A stretch of 53,472 nucleotides of DNA from Octopus bimaculoides (Eukaryota): assembly GCF_001194135.2 (NCBI RefSeq), contig NC_068985.1, forward strand, positions 50,661,435 to 50,714,906, read 5' to 3'. Shown one piece after another: positions 38,774 to 49,539 of the stretch. How positions within the stretch are numbered: the first letter of the stretch is position 1; each line of letters starts with the position of its first letter. Below the pieces are notes generated by a model. The model was not told the DNA's origin. It saw only the letters and a program-made list of their open reading frames with translations, and made no database searches. A program made the position numbers and the translations under genes.

Positions 38774-38970
38774 CCCCCACATCAACATCATCCTCATATC
38801 ATCATCATCATCTCCGCATCATAATCCCCGCATCATCATCCCCCACATCAACATCATCCTCATAACATCATCATCATCTCCGCATCATAATCCCCGCATC
38901 ATCATCCCCCACATCAACATCATCCTCATATCATCATCATCATCTCCGCATCATCATCCCCCACATCATC
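38774..38970. repeat. 66-bp-period minisatellite built from CAT triplets, ~3 copies
   Basis: CCCCCACATCAAC starts at 38774, 38840 and 38906. Confidence 0.9.
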
Positions 38971-39159
38971 AGCCTTAACATCATGGTCATCCTCAAACAT
39001 CTATTATTATTTGACGTGTTTATTTTATTAGCCTCAGTTTTCAACCTCTAAACACTGACCACTATTGCTCTCGTTCTCACTGTCACCGCTGCTTTCACAA
39101 CTAATTCCATTGTATCCACTGACATTTATTTACACCTTCAGCATCAGTACAACACCTCC

Positions 39160-39345
39160 AGCCAACGTGGAAATTTCTACGAGGTCTCTCGACCTGCCAG
39201 CTATTCCAACCAATTCTCTCTGAAACTACACATTACAGTTTTAAAACAGGTCACGTTCTGAGTTCTCTGTCTATAGGAAAATGATAGGGTGGTCACAGTT
39301 GGATTGCCTTTGATCATAGTTCTGCTCGATTAGTGCTGAATGAGG
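39160..39345 (-). repeat. Repeat family D copy, reverse orientation
   Basis: Reverse complement ACTAATCGAGCAGAACTATGATCAAAGGCAATCCAACTGTGACC ... GCAGGTCGAGAGACCTCGTAGAAATTTCCACGTTGGC. Confidence 0.55.
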
Positions 39346-39724
39346 TTTAAACAACATCTCCAGTACATTCACTACAAACTGACAAAGCTTCTCTAATGGA
39401 AATTCATTTACTATGCGATCAGCACGCATTGGTGGTGATTGTTGATTATCACGTGTCTCAGTATACATGTCGACACGCATCCACTTTCATATGAGATTGT
39501 TTATATGTCGGCATGGCAAAACTAAGTATCTAAGTAGTATTGTTGGAAGTTACTCCTATCCTTCAAAATCTTTATTTCAAACTCATTCGACTTGCATATA
39601 CAAAGAACTTACAGTGGTAATATGTTAAGGAATGAAGATTTGTTTAAAATACGTTATAGGTACACATATGTACACACACACACGCACACACACATGCACA
39701 CACACACATGCACACACACACACA

Positions 39725-39905
39725 CACACGTGTGTGTAAGCTCCTATACAGCACTTAGTCATCATATATATGTAAATAAATCTAGGTATGAACACACAGA
39801 CACATGCACACACATATACATACATATACACACACACGCATGCACACGTGTGTAAGCTCCTATACAACACTAAATCATCAAATGTGTGTAAATAAATCTA
39901 GCCAT
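39725..39905. repeat. 116-bp-period tandem duplication within a (CA)n region
   Basis: AAGCTCCTATACA.CACT.A.TCATCA...GTAAATAAATCTAG starts at 39738 and 39854. Confidence 0.85.
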
Positions 39906-39932
39906 GCACAGACACACACATACACACACATA

Positions 39933-39971
<39 letters not shown>

Positions 39972-40448
39972 GATTGTCACGGTTGAAATGCCTTCGTATT
40001 ATTTCATTTTGTAGTGGATTCTTTCAGTAATATATTTTTATTATAAATGATATAAACATTTTGTTTGAAACGGAAAATTTATGCGGATTTACTGTTTCTT
40101 AACCAATCAATTGGACAGTCAGCACCCGCGCACTCATTCACATATACAAGTATAAGTAATGCTTAATAAAGAAAGCAACTTTATCAGATACTCTCTCTTC
40201 GTTTTCCTTTTTCTTTTTCTTTTTCTTTCTCTCTTTCCTCTTCCCCACATGCTCTTCATGTGTTTTCTTATTCAATCATAAGAGTATAATCAGAAGTTAA
40301 AAGTTGCCTGATATAAAATGTACATTAATGTCACTCGTTCTAGAAAGCACGCGCATCATATTAGAAAATCTGCCGAACCCTTACTTTTGTTCATAAGTGA
40401 GATATTGCGTCACGAAATAAGATCAACAAAACGGTCAACAACAATATT

Positions 40449-40483
<35 letters not shown>

Positions 40484-40493
40484 AAAACGACCG

Positions 40494-40530
<37 letters not shown>

Positions 40531-40782
40531 CATTAATAAAAGTAATAATTCATGCTAATAAAAATCTGAATTAATAAATGAATTTATATAAACAAATGAA
40601 TTAATAAATAAAATAAAACTAGGAAGAAATTCTTGATTTAGTTTCAAAATTAAATATAAACTTGTAGATTCTAGTTATGATAAGCCCGTTGTTACTGTTC
40701 CTAGTGTTTGCCTTCATTGATGTTTTGAAGGTGATGTTGATGTTTGTGTGAAGGATTGACATTGTTGACATTGAAGACTTAC

Positions 40783-40945
40783 CATTGTTGAGTCGAACTG
40801 CAAGAGGTTGTAATGTCGGAGTGTATGGAGCAATTGCTTTGAGGCTCTCGTCTGATTCATCGTAGACATCACGAATTTTGTACCCATTGTAAGATACCCT
40901 CTCACTATCGCTTTTCGTCTTTTTCACTAAAAATGACCGCGGCAT
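40783..40945 (-). CDS. scrt: Scratch-family transcription factor, coding exon 1 (SNAG repression domain)
   Basis: ATG at 40945-40943 gives MPRSFLVKKTKSDSERVSYNGYKIRD...PLAVRLNN, then G|GTAAGT, a consensus donor at 40782. 163 nt = 54 codons + 1 nt (phase 1). MPRSFLVKK is the SNAG motif of Snail/Scratch proteins. Confidence 0.93.
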
Positions 40946-41929
40946 TTTTCTTTTTTTTTTTTTTAATATGTTTGTTGCTTTTTTTTTTTCCTTGATGTTG
41001 AACAGAAATCGAAATTTGGATTGTAAAATCAATAATGTGATATTATTGATAATATATTTTGCGTTGTTGTTGAGGATGTTTAAGTTGCTTGTTTTTATAA
41101 ATAAAATTTTCAGTGTAAAATATATACCTTCATATCTATATATCTATATTAAACATTGTTATAAATATATATTTACATATGTGTATGTATATAGATAGAT
41201 AGATAGATAGACGTATATGTGTATGTATGTGTGTATGTGTGCGTGTTTATGTTATTCCCTCAAGGAATGTTATATATTGCTTTTTTTGCCTTTGTGTAGT
41301 AATTTATGTACATCCATGCATATGCATAGATGTATATATATATGTGTGTGTATGTGTATACACACACACACACACACACTTATTGGCTGATATCTGTATA
41401 AAAATGCATACAGGTATTTGTGTATATTATATATATGTATATGTATAAATATTATCTATACATAGAAACATATATATTTGTTTTTCTTATTCTGTATGTT
41501 TTTTCTTAATTTGCCATTCTAATTTTCTTTTATTTTTACAAATAATTATGCAAATTAAATAAATTATTTTCACAATATTTTGTGTACTCTGTGTTTATCT
41601 TTGGAATGATTTTAGATGTTTTTGTTGCCAGTGGTAAAACAATTCGTCTTATTGATATTTATCGATTAAAAAAAAAATAATGTTATGTTGTTGGTGATAA
41701 CAGTTGCTTTGTTTTTGTAGTCTAATAAATTCTTAAAATATTTTAGGGACTTCCCGCATTTCGATTTGTTGTTGCTGTTGTCTACTTATTGTTGCTTTTT
41801 TTAGTTGTTGTCTGGAACTTTTTTTTCTGTTTTGTTTGTTATATCATTTTTTTCTTTTTTTCTTTTATCATCATTTCTTTGTTCTGAATTTCTTAAACGT
41901 GTTTGTTGTGATGTGTTGCTTAATTTGCT

Positions 41930-42200
41930 GGTCCCGCGGTAAATGCGTCAGCACCATCACATAACAAGTAGCAATAATTTCATCCAGCGATGCAGACAAC
42001 GTTTGAACTGGTCCATGCGCTGCCGCGTCCCGATATAGCAATCAGGTTTGAAAGAGAAAGTAGGAGAAGGCGCAATGGAAGGCTTGCAGAACTCGGGAGG
42101 TATCTTTGGCACTGACCTAAGACAGTCTAGACGAATGCAGTTGTTGGATGTGCTCTGAGCGTGTATCACTGGTTGGTTACTGCTGCTGCCACCACCACCA
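41930..42200 (-). promoter_or_regulatory. Candidate scratch proximal promoter / 5' leader
   Basis: Complex, relatively GC/CpG-rich island about 1 kb upstream of the ATG, between low-complexity flanks. The TSS cannot be located from sequence. Confidence 0.35.
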
Positions 42201-42452
42201 CCATCGCTACGTCGTTATAGATTAAGGGTAAAGTCAATGATAAGGTGGAAGGGGGAGGAAGAAGAGAGGTAGGTGTTGTTGTGGAGTAAAGGGAAAGGAA
42301 AGACGAAGACAGGGAGTAAGCGATTGATGGGGAATTAAGGATGAAGGAAGAGGGGAGTGGGAAGCATAGTAGGAGGAAGAGGAGTAGAAGGAGGTTACAT
42401 AAAGAGAGAAAAAATAACGAAGAGAGAGAAAGAGGGAAGGAAAGATACGTAC

Positions 42453-42483
<31 letters not shown>

Positions 42484-43171
42484 TATGTAAGAGAGGGATG
42501 GTGACGGAAAAGAAAGAAGTATATGCAATAAATATGAAGATGTAAAACAAAAAGAAAAAGATGAAGTAGCTGATGACAAAGGTGGCGGCGGCGGCGGCGG
42601 CGGCGGCGGTGGTGGTGGTGGTGATGGGGGTTATGGGGGTTGTGTTTAAAATCCAAGGAGAAAAAGGAGGAAGAGGAAGGAATGAAGAAGGAGGGGGAAA
42701 GTGGTAGAAACAGGAGAAAGTTACATTATTGAAGCGAAAGCGAAACGTTGACGCTTGTTGTTGGGTGTATTGTTTGTCCTTGTTTACAGGTTTCTAACAA
42801 GACATTTTCACGATGGACATAGTCGCGAGCGCGCGCACACACACACACACACACACACAGGTGCACGCAGCCATATACACACTCGTTTCATTACGGTGCG
42901 CGCACACAAGCACACACACACACACTTACCTAAATGTAGACACATGCACTGATGCAAGTGAAAGCCAACAGGCGCTGACACTCAACAACAGGCCAACAGT
43001 TTTTATTTTTTTTTTTTTTGTTTTTTTAAATTTTACTTTAAGTTATGTCGTCATTTTCTCACCTTTTTCTTCTTTACTACCAAATGATTCAGTTATAATC
43101 ATTACAATGACGGTAGTCTTTTCCTTTTTTTTTTACAGTATATAAGGGTATGTGTACATAAACCTTGCCTT

Positions 43172-43207
<36 letters not shown>

Positions 43208-43327
43208 GAGGGATATATACAAATTTTAAAAATATATAATTATATGTAGCTTAATCCCACACACAAACACAATATACACACAAACGCATACAGACACATA
43301 TACAACACATTCATACATGTATACATA

Positions 43328-43363
<36 letters not shown>

Positions 43364-44150
43364 TGTGTTTATCTTGTGTTGTTTTCTTTAATTCCATTTC
43401 TATTATTGTATACGAGTGTTCAAATGACATTGGAAAAAAAAAAAGATCTAAGGATTTCAGACAGAAAATGGTTAAGGTCGATGCTAGAGGGGGACAAATG
43501 GATAATAATGGTATGTAGATTATTATTGTTGTTAACTTTATTAGAGTGAGTAGATAATATATACATAAGACATTGTCATGTCATCGTGTTACCTCCTTAG
43601 GTTATAGATTACATTATTCTGGTTGTCATCGCCGTGATAGTTGTAGAATTAGTCGTTATTATTGTTGGTGCTTTCTCGAATAGTTGTAGAGCGTGCCGCC
43701 TGCTTGTTTCATTTCGCTACACTATTTTTTTTTTTTTCGTCTACTTCCTGATATTCTAAGAATAATAAGAAAAAAATTGATATTTTTCTAATTGTCACTG
43801 ATGTTGTTTCAGAAGAATACGTTTTTGTTTATTTGTTGTTGGCGTTGTTGTTGGTCGTGGTTGTAGTGGTGGTACATTTGTTTATTGTATTATTTGACAA
43901 CGTTGATAATGTTGCAAATAATAATAATAATGGTAATAAAAGGAAGGGGGTGGTAGTAATAGAGTTTCTGGAAAGAAGATGTGAGTGTCCTCTATACAAT
44001 AGACGGAAGCCGTGTCTATGCAAGAAGATAAAACGGCAACAATCACAAAAGTAATATTGTTGTTATTGTTAAAGCAACTCCTTATTAATTTTTATTTTTT
44101 TAATTTTTATAACTATTCTTTACCTGAATTACAAGCAATTCTTCTATTTC

Positions 44151-44235
<85 letters not shown>

Positions 44236-44379
44236 CAGCAGCAGTAGCAGCAACAGCAGCAGCAGCTGTGGTAGTGGTTGTAGTAGTAGTATGATTACAG
44301 CAGTAAATATCAATGGTCAATAAGTAGAGAGAGAAGGGAGGGAGGAGAGAAATCGAAATATAGATAAACAAAAGAAATG

Positions 44380-44411
<32 letters not shown>

Positions 44412-45303
44412 NNNNNNNNNNNNNNNNNNNNNNNNNNNNNNNNNNNNNNNNNNNNNNNNNNNNNNNNNNNNNNNNNNNNNNNNNNNNNNNNNNNNNNNNN
44501 NNNNNNNNNNNNNNNNNNNNNNNNNNNNNNNNNNNNNNNNNNNNNNNNNNNNNNNNNNNNNNNNNNNNNNNNNNNNNNNNNNNNNNNNNNNNNNNNNNNN
44601 NNNNNNNNNNNNNNNNNNNNNNNNNNNNNNNNNNNNNNNNNNNNNNNNNNNNNNNNNNNNNNNNNNNNNNNNNNNNNNNNNNNNNNNNNNNNNNNNNNNN
44701 NNNNNNNNNNNNNNNNNNNNNNNNNNNNNNNNNNNNNNNNNNNNNNNNNNNNNNNNNNNNNNNNNNNNNNNNNNNNNNNNNNNNNNNNNNNNNNNNNNNN
44801 NNNNNNNNNNNNNNNNNNNNNNNNNNNNNNNNNNNNNNNNNNNNNNNNNNNNNNNNNNNNNNNNNNNNNNNNNNNNNNNNNNNNNNNNNNNNNNNNNNNN
44901 NNNNNNNNNNNNNNNNNNNNNNNNNNNNNNNNNNNNNNNNNNNNNNNNNNNNNNNNNNNNNNNNNNNNNNNNNNNNNNNNNNNNNNNNNNNNNNNNNNNN
45001 NNNNNNNNNNNNNNNNNNNNNNNNNNNNNNNNNNNNNNNNNNNNNNNNNNNNNNNNNNNNNNNNNNNNNNNNNNNNNNNNNNNNNNNNNNNNNNNNNNNN
45101 NNNNNNNNNNNNNNNNNNNNNNNNNNNNNNNNNNNNNNNNNNNNNNNNNNNNNNNNNNNNNNNNNNNNNNNNNNNNNNNNNNNNNNNNNNNNNNNNNNNN
45201 NNNNNNNNNNNNNNNNNNNNNNNNNNNNNNNNNNNNNNNNNNNNNNNNNNNNNNNNNNNNNNNNNNNNNNNNNNNNNNNNNNNNNNNNATATATATATAT
45301 ATA

Positions 45304-45430
45304 CAGGCTGTCCACAAAGTCTGGATACATGGGGATTAACACATACTTTAAGAAATTATCATTTCTTATAGTTAATTGTTAATGTTATGATTTTATTTAC
45401 TCCATGTACCCAGTCCTTGTGGACACCCTG
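45304..45430. mobile_element. 127-bp MITE of Tc1/mariner type
   Basis: 29-bp TIRs CAGGCTGTCCACAAAGTCTGGATACATGG and (rc) CAGGGTGTCCACAAGGACTGGGTACATGG with 4 mismatches, TA on both sides, inserted in a (TA)n tract. Confidence 0.85.
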
Positions 45431-45661
45431 TATATGTATGTATAAATGTGTGTGTATATATATATATAATATATATAGTCACTTTGAGAAATGTAGTTTT
45501 GTAGTCTTAGAATAATTCAGAATTGTCATACCTCGAATGACTTTGAAGATAGGCCTACTTAATCATTGTTGATAATAATGCAACGAAGACAGAAAAAAGC
45601 AGGAAAGAAAAAGCAAATTATTCGAATATAAATAAATGCCTATATAACTATCGATTGAGAC

Positions 45662-45734
<73 letters not shown>

Positions 45735-45771
45735 GGTGGTGGTGGTGGTGGTGGTGGTAGTAGTAGTAGTA

Positions 45772-45804
<33 letters not shown>

Positions 45805-45805
45805 G
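45662..45805. repeat. (GTA)n(GTG)n(GTA)n microsatellite
   Basis: Read directly. Source of the poly-Val pseudo-ORF. Confidence 0.95.
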
Positions 45806-46164
45806 GCTTTGACGATTTAATTTTACAACAGAAATGTGTAGTATGTAGCTAGTTCAAGGACGAATAAAATATACAAATAAATCAAGTGGAGTAATGTACG
45901 GGTGGATGTTGGCTGACGTCTCCACTTAGATATATTGAAGGTAGGTTAGGAAACGATAGGAGTGGGTGTGGCGGTGGTGTAGAGGGTGGTCCTAGTTTTG
46001 ATTTGATGAACTTGGTGGTGGTGGTGGTGGTGGTTAGAGAACGGGAAGCCGGTAATAGAAAGTAATGTCAACAATACCACCATCCACAACAACAACAATG
46101 ATAATAAGGATGGTGATGATGATGATGATGGTGCTTTCTTTTATTTTTGATTTATCTTAAGTCT

Positions 46165-46238
46165 ATTACATCGACCCAAGTACTTGACTGGTACTTTTAT
46201 TGTCGCCGAAAGGATGAAAGGCAAAGTTGACCTCGGCG
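46165..46238 (-). mobile_element. SINE family A core fragment
   Basis: TTACATCGACCCAAGTACTTGACTGGTAC...CGAAAGGATGAAAGGCAAAGTTGACCTCGGCG. Confidence 0.8.
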
Positions 46239-46256
46239 AACAACAACAACAGCAAC

Positions 46257-46306
<50 letters not shown>

Positions 46307-48454
46307 GTGGTGGTGGTGGTGGTGATGGTTAGAGTAGGAGTAAGAATAAGTAAAAATTAAAAACTACAGTCAACGGGGTGGTCAGAATTGAAATGAAGGG
46401 TTCGAGAGATGAAAAGGGAAAACGTTATTGGGTATAAATAGAAAAGCTTAGAACGGAAGAAGGAAAAAAATTATGGTATACTCGACGAATATGAATGCGG
46501 GTAGGAAATAAAAGGGTAGAAAGAAGAACACGGAGACGAAGAAACTTAAACAGAAAGTAAAACGAAAGAATGGGAGAACAATACATGTGATTAATGAGTG
46601 AGTGTGAGATTTGAGTGAATCATTTGAGTGCAGAGTGAAGTGCTGAGTATAAGGTGAAGCTTTAGCGAAAAGCGTGGCTTTCTTTTTTTTACTTCCATAA
46701 ACAGTAACGTTTAACCACGCCTACCAAGCTTACCACCTTTGCCTGGTGTAACTAGTCGAAATTCAGTGGCCAATGGACTGATGAGTGTAGGTCGAAGTGA
46801 AATGCTAGTAGTGACATCAAACTAACAGTTACTTATAGACTGACACGACTTCTCTCACTTATAGAGGGAAAAAGGAAATTGTGACATACATGCCTCTCCC
46901 AAGCAATAGAAGTGTAAACGATTTTTGAAACGGCAATCGAAAGGGGTCTGAAAATTCGGTTGTTGGAGGCCTTGACATCACATCGCAACCACGTGACTTT
47001 TCACCACCAACCGCGAGATTCATCGCTGCTATCATTTTAACAACACCAACAACGATAATGACATGGACAGTACTATTTTCTAGTACATAAACACGCTCGC
47101 GCGCGTGCACATGCGTACGCGCGAATGTATGTACGTACATACGTACGTATGTATGTATGTATGTATGTATGTATGTATGTATGTATGTATGTATGTATGT
47201 CGATATACGAAGAGAGAAAGAGAAATTCAGGTGGGCAGAATATACATGCGTATGTATTTGAAGGGAATAACATACATACATACATACATACTCATCTATC
47301 GTAAGATAATAGAAAAGAGGGGGAAAGGGGGAAGGGACAAGAGAAAACAAAAATAAGCAAGAAAAAAAAAGGAGACAAGAAGAAAATAGAAAGGGGAAGA
47401 GAAGAGAAACGTTTTGTGGACGAGCGAGTTGTATAAGACCCACCCTCCTCCTGTACTACGTTATTGCTCAGTNNNNNNNNNNNNNNNNNNNNNNNNNNNN
47501 NNNNNNNNNNNNNNNNNNNNNNNNNNNNNNNNNNNNNNNNNNNNNNNNNNNNNNNNNNNNNNNNNNNNNNNNNNNNNNNNNNNNNNNNNNNNNNNNNNNN
47601 NNNNNNNNNNNNNNNNNNNNNNNNNNNNNNNNNNNNNNNNNNNNNNNNNNNNNNNNNNNNNNNNNNNNNNNNNNNNNNNNNNNNNNNNNNNNNNNNNNNN
47701 NNNNNNNNNNNNNNNNNNNNNNNNNNNNNNNNNNNNNNNNNNNNNNNNNNNNNNNNNNNNNNNNNNNNNNNNNNNNNNNNNNNNNNNNNNNNNNNNNNNN
47801 NNNNNNNNNNNNNNNNNNNNNNNNNNNNNNNNNNNNNNNNNNNNNNNNNNNNNNNNNNNNNNNNNNNNNNNNNNNNNNNNNNNNNNNNNNNNNNNNNNNN
47901 NNNNNNNNNNNNNNNNNNNNNNNNNNNNNNNNNNNNNNNNNNNNNNNNNNNNNNNNNNNNNNNNNNNNNNNNNNNNNNNNNNNNNNNNNNNNNNNNNNNN
48001 NNNNNNNNNNNNNNNNNNNNNNNNNNNNNNNNNNNNNNNNNNNNNNNNNNNNNNNNNNNNNNNNNNNNNNNNNNNNNNNNNNNNNNNNNNNNNNNNNNNN
48101 NNNNNNNNNNNNNNNNNNNNNNNNNNNNNNNNNNNNNNNNNNNNNNNNNNNNNNNNNNNNNNNNNNNNNNNNNNNNNNNNNNNNNNNNNNNNNNNNNNNN
48201 NNNNNNNNNNNNNNNNNNNNNNNNNNNNNNNNNNNNNNNNNNNNNNNNNNNNNNNNNNNNNNNNNNNNNNNNNNNNNNNNNNNNNNNNNNNNNNNNNNNN
48301 NNNNNNNNNNNNNNNNNNNNNNNNNNNNNNNNNNNNNNNNNNNNNNNNNNNNNNNATATTTCTAGTAAAGTCGAACGATTTAACAGATGCTGTCCCTGCC
48401 GTTGATAATGATACTGGTGTTGGTGATTTTTACGATGCTACTAGTGATAAATGT

Positions 48455-48708
48455 GGAGGCGCGTGGCTTAGTGGTTAGGGTGTCCGCATCATGATCGTAA
48501 GATTGTGGTTTCGATTCCTGGACCGGGCGACACGTTGTGTTCTTGAGCAAAACACTTCATTTCACGTTGCTCCAGTCCACTCAGCTGGCAAAAATGAGTA
48601 ACGCTGCGATGGACTGGCGTCCCGTCCAGTTGGGGAACACATACGCCATTGAAACTGGGAAACCGGGCCCATGAGCCTGGCTAGGCTTTAAAAGGGCGCA
48701 TTTATTAT
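48455..48708 (+). mobile_element. tRNA-derived SINE family B (CORE-like + V-like domains)
   Basis: GGAGGCGCGTGGCTTAGTGGTTAGG (box A), GGTTTCGATTCC (box B), TTCTTGAGCAAAACACTT (CORE-like), GCTGCGATGGACTGGCGTCCCGTCCAG (V-domain-like), ending GGGCGCATTTATTAT. Domain names are recalled. Confidence 0.8.
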
Positions 48709-48799
48709 ATTTTTTTAAATACTAGTGATAAATAATATTAATGCTGTTATTCATTCTGTTGTTTATATTATTATTTTTATCCTTATTAGCAGTATCGTT

Positions 48800-48992
48800 A
48801 GAGTCGGAAAGGATATCATGCGGTTTTTCTTCCGGTTCCTTACATCTTGGGTTCAAATACCACCGAGGTCCATTTTGCCTTTCAGCCCTTCAGGGGTAGA
48901 TAAAATAAAATAAGGTTGATGCGATCGTGTGGTTCCCTTTCCTCCAAAAAAAAAACAAGAATAGCTGGCCTTACGCCAAAATTAGAAAGAAT
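48800..48992 (+). mobile_element. Diverged SINE family A copy
   Basis: GGGTTCAAATACCACCGAGGTCCATTTTGCCTTTCAGCCC...GCTGGCCTTACGCCAAAATTAGAAAG, then ATT tail. Confidence 0.75.
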
Positions 48993-49046
48993 TATTATTG
49001 TTGTTTTGGTTGTTGTTAATGATGATGATGTTGTTGATGTTGTTAT

Positions 49047-49195
49047 TAAGGCGGTGAGCTGGCAGAATCCGCCGAGGTCGACTTTACCTTTCATCTTTTC
49101 GGAGTCATTAAGTATCAGTTGAGTATTAGGGGAGGATCAATGTAATCGACTAGCACCCTCCCGCGAAATTGCTGGCCTTGTGTCAAAATTTGAAA
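49047..49195 (+). mobile_element. SINE family A, internally deleted
   Basis: TAAGGCGGTGAGCTGGCAGAATC joined directly to CGCCGAGGTCGAC. Normal 3' end. Confidence 0.85.
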
Positions 49196-49226
49196 TTATT
49201 ATTATGATTGTTGCTGTTGTTGTTGT

Positions 49227-49322
<96 letters not shown>

Positions 49323-49330
49323 GATTAAGA

Positions 49331-49533
49331 AGGCGACGAGCTGGTTGAATCGTTAGCACACCGGGCAAAATGCTTAGCGGCAATTTGTCTGTCTTTACGT
49401 TCTGAGTTCAAATGCCGCCGAGGTCGACTTTGCCTTTCATATTTCGGGGTTGGCAAAATAAGTACCAGCTGAGCACTGGGGTCGATGTAATCGACTGACC
49501 GGAATTGCTGGCCTTGTGCCAAAATTCGGAACC
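49331..49533 (+). mobile_element. SINE family A, near full-length
   Basis: Head, box B (GAGTTCAAATGCC), core and GCTGGCCTTGTGCCAAAATT end. Preceded by (TTA)n and followed by ATTATTGTTG. Confidence 0.9.
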
Positions 49534-49539
49534 ATTATT

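Larger units (their letters stand above)
5863..40782 (-). other. scrt: Single ~34.9 kb phase-1 GT-AG intron of scratch
   Basis: Donor and acceptor phases match and no other Scratch-like coding segment is seen between them. Includes five N gaps, so true length is uncertain and a small hidden exon cannot be excluded. Confidence 0.85.

Noticed and set aside
46775-46810. CTGATGAGTGTAGGTCGAAGTGAAA hammerhead-like string
   Set aside because: No stem II pairing and no stem I or III. Likely chance.
3834-48478. Long ORFs made of X residues or dipeptide/homopolymer runs (YI, CV, HT, poly-V/I/N/S)
   Set aside because: Artefacts of N gaps and microsatellites.
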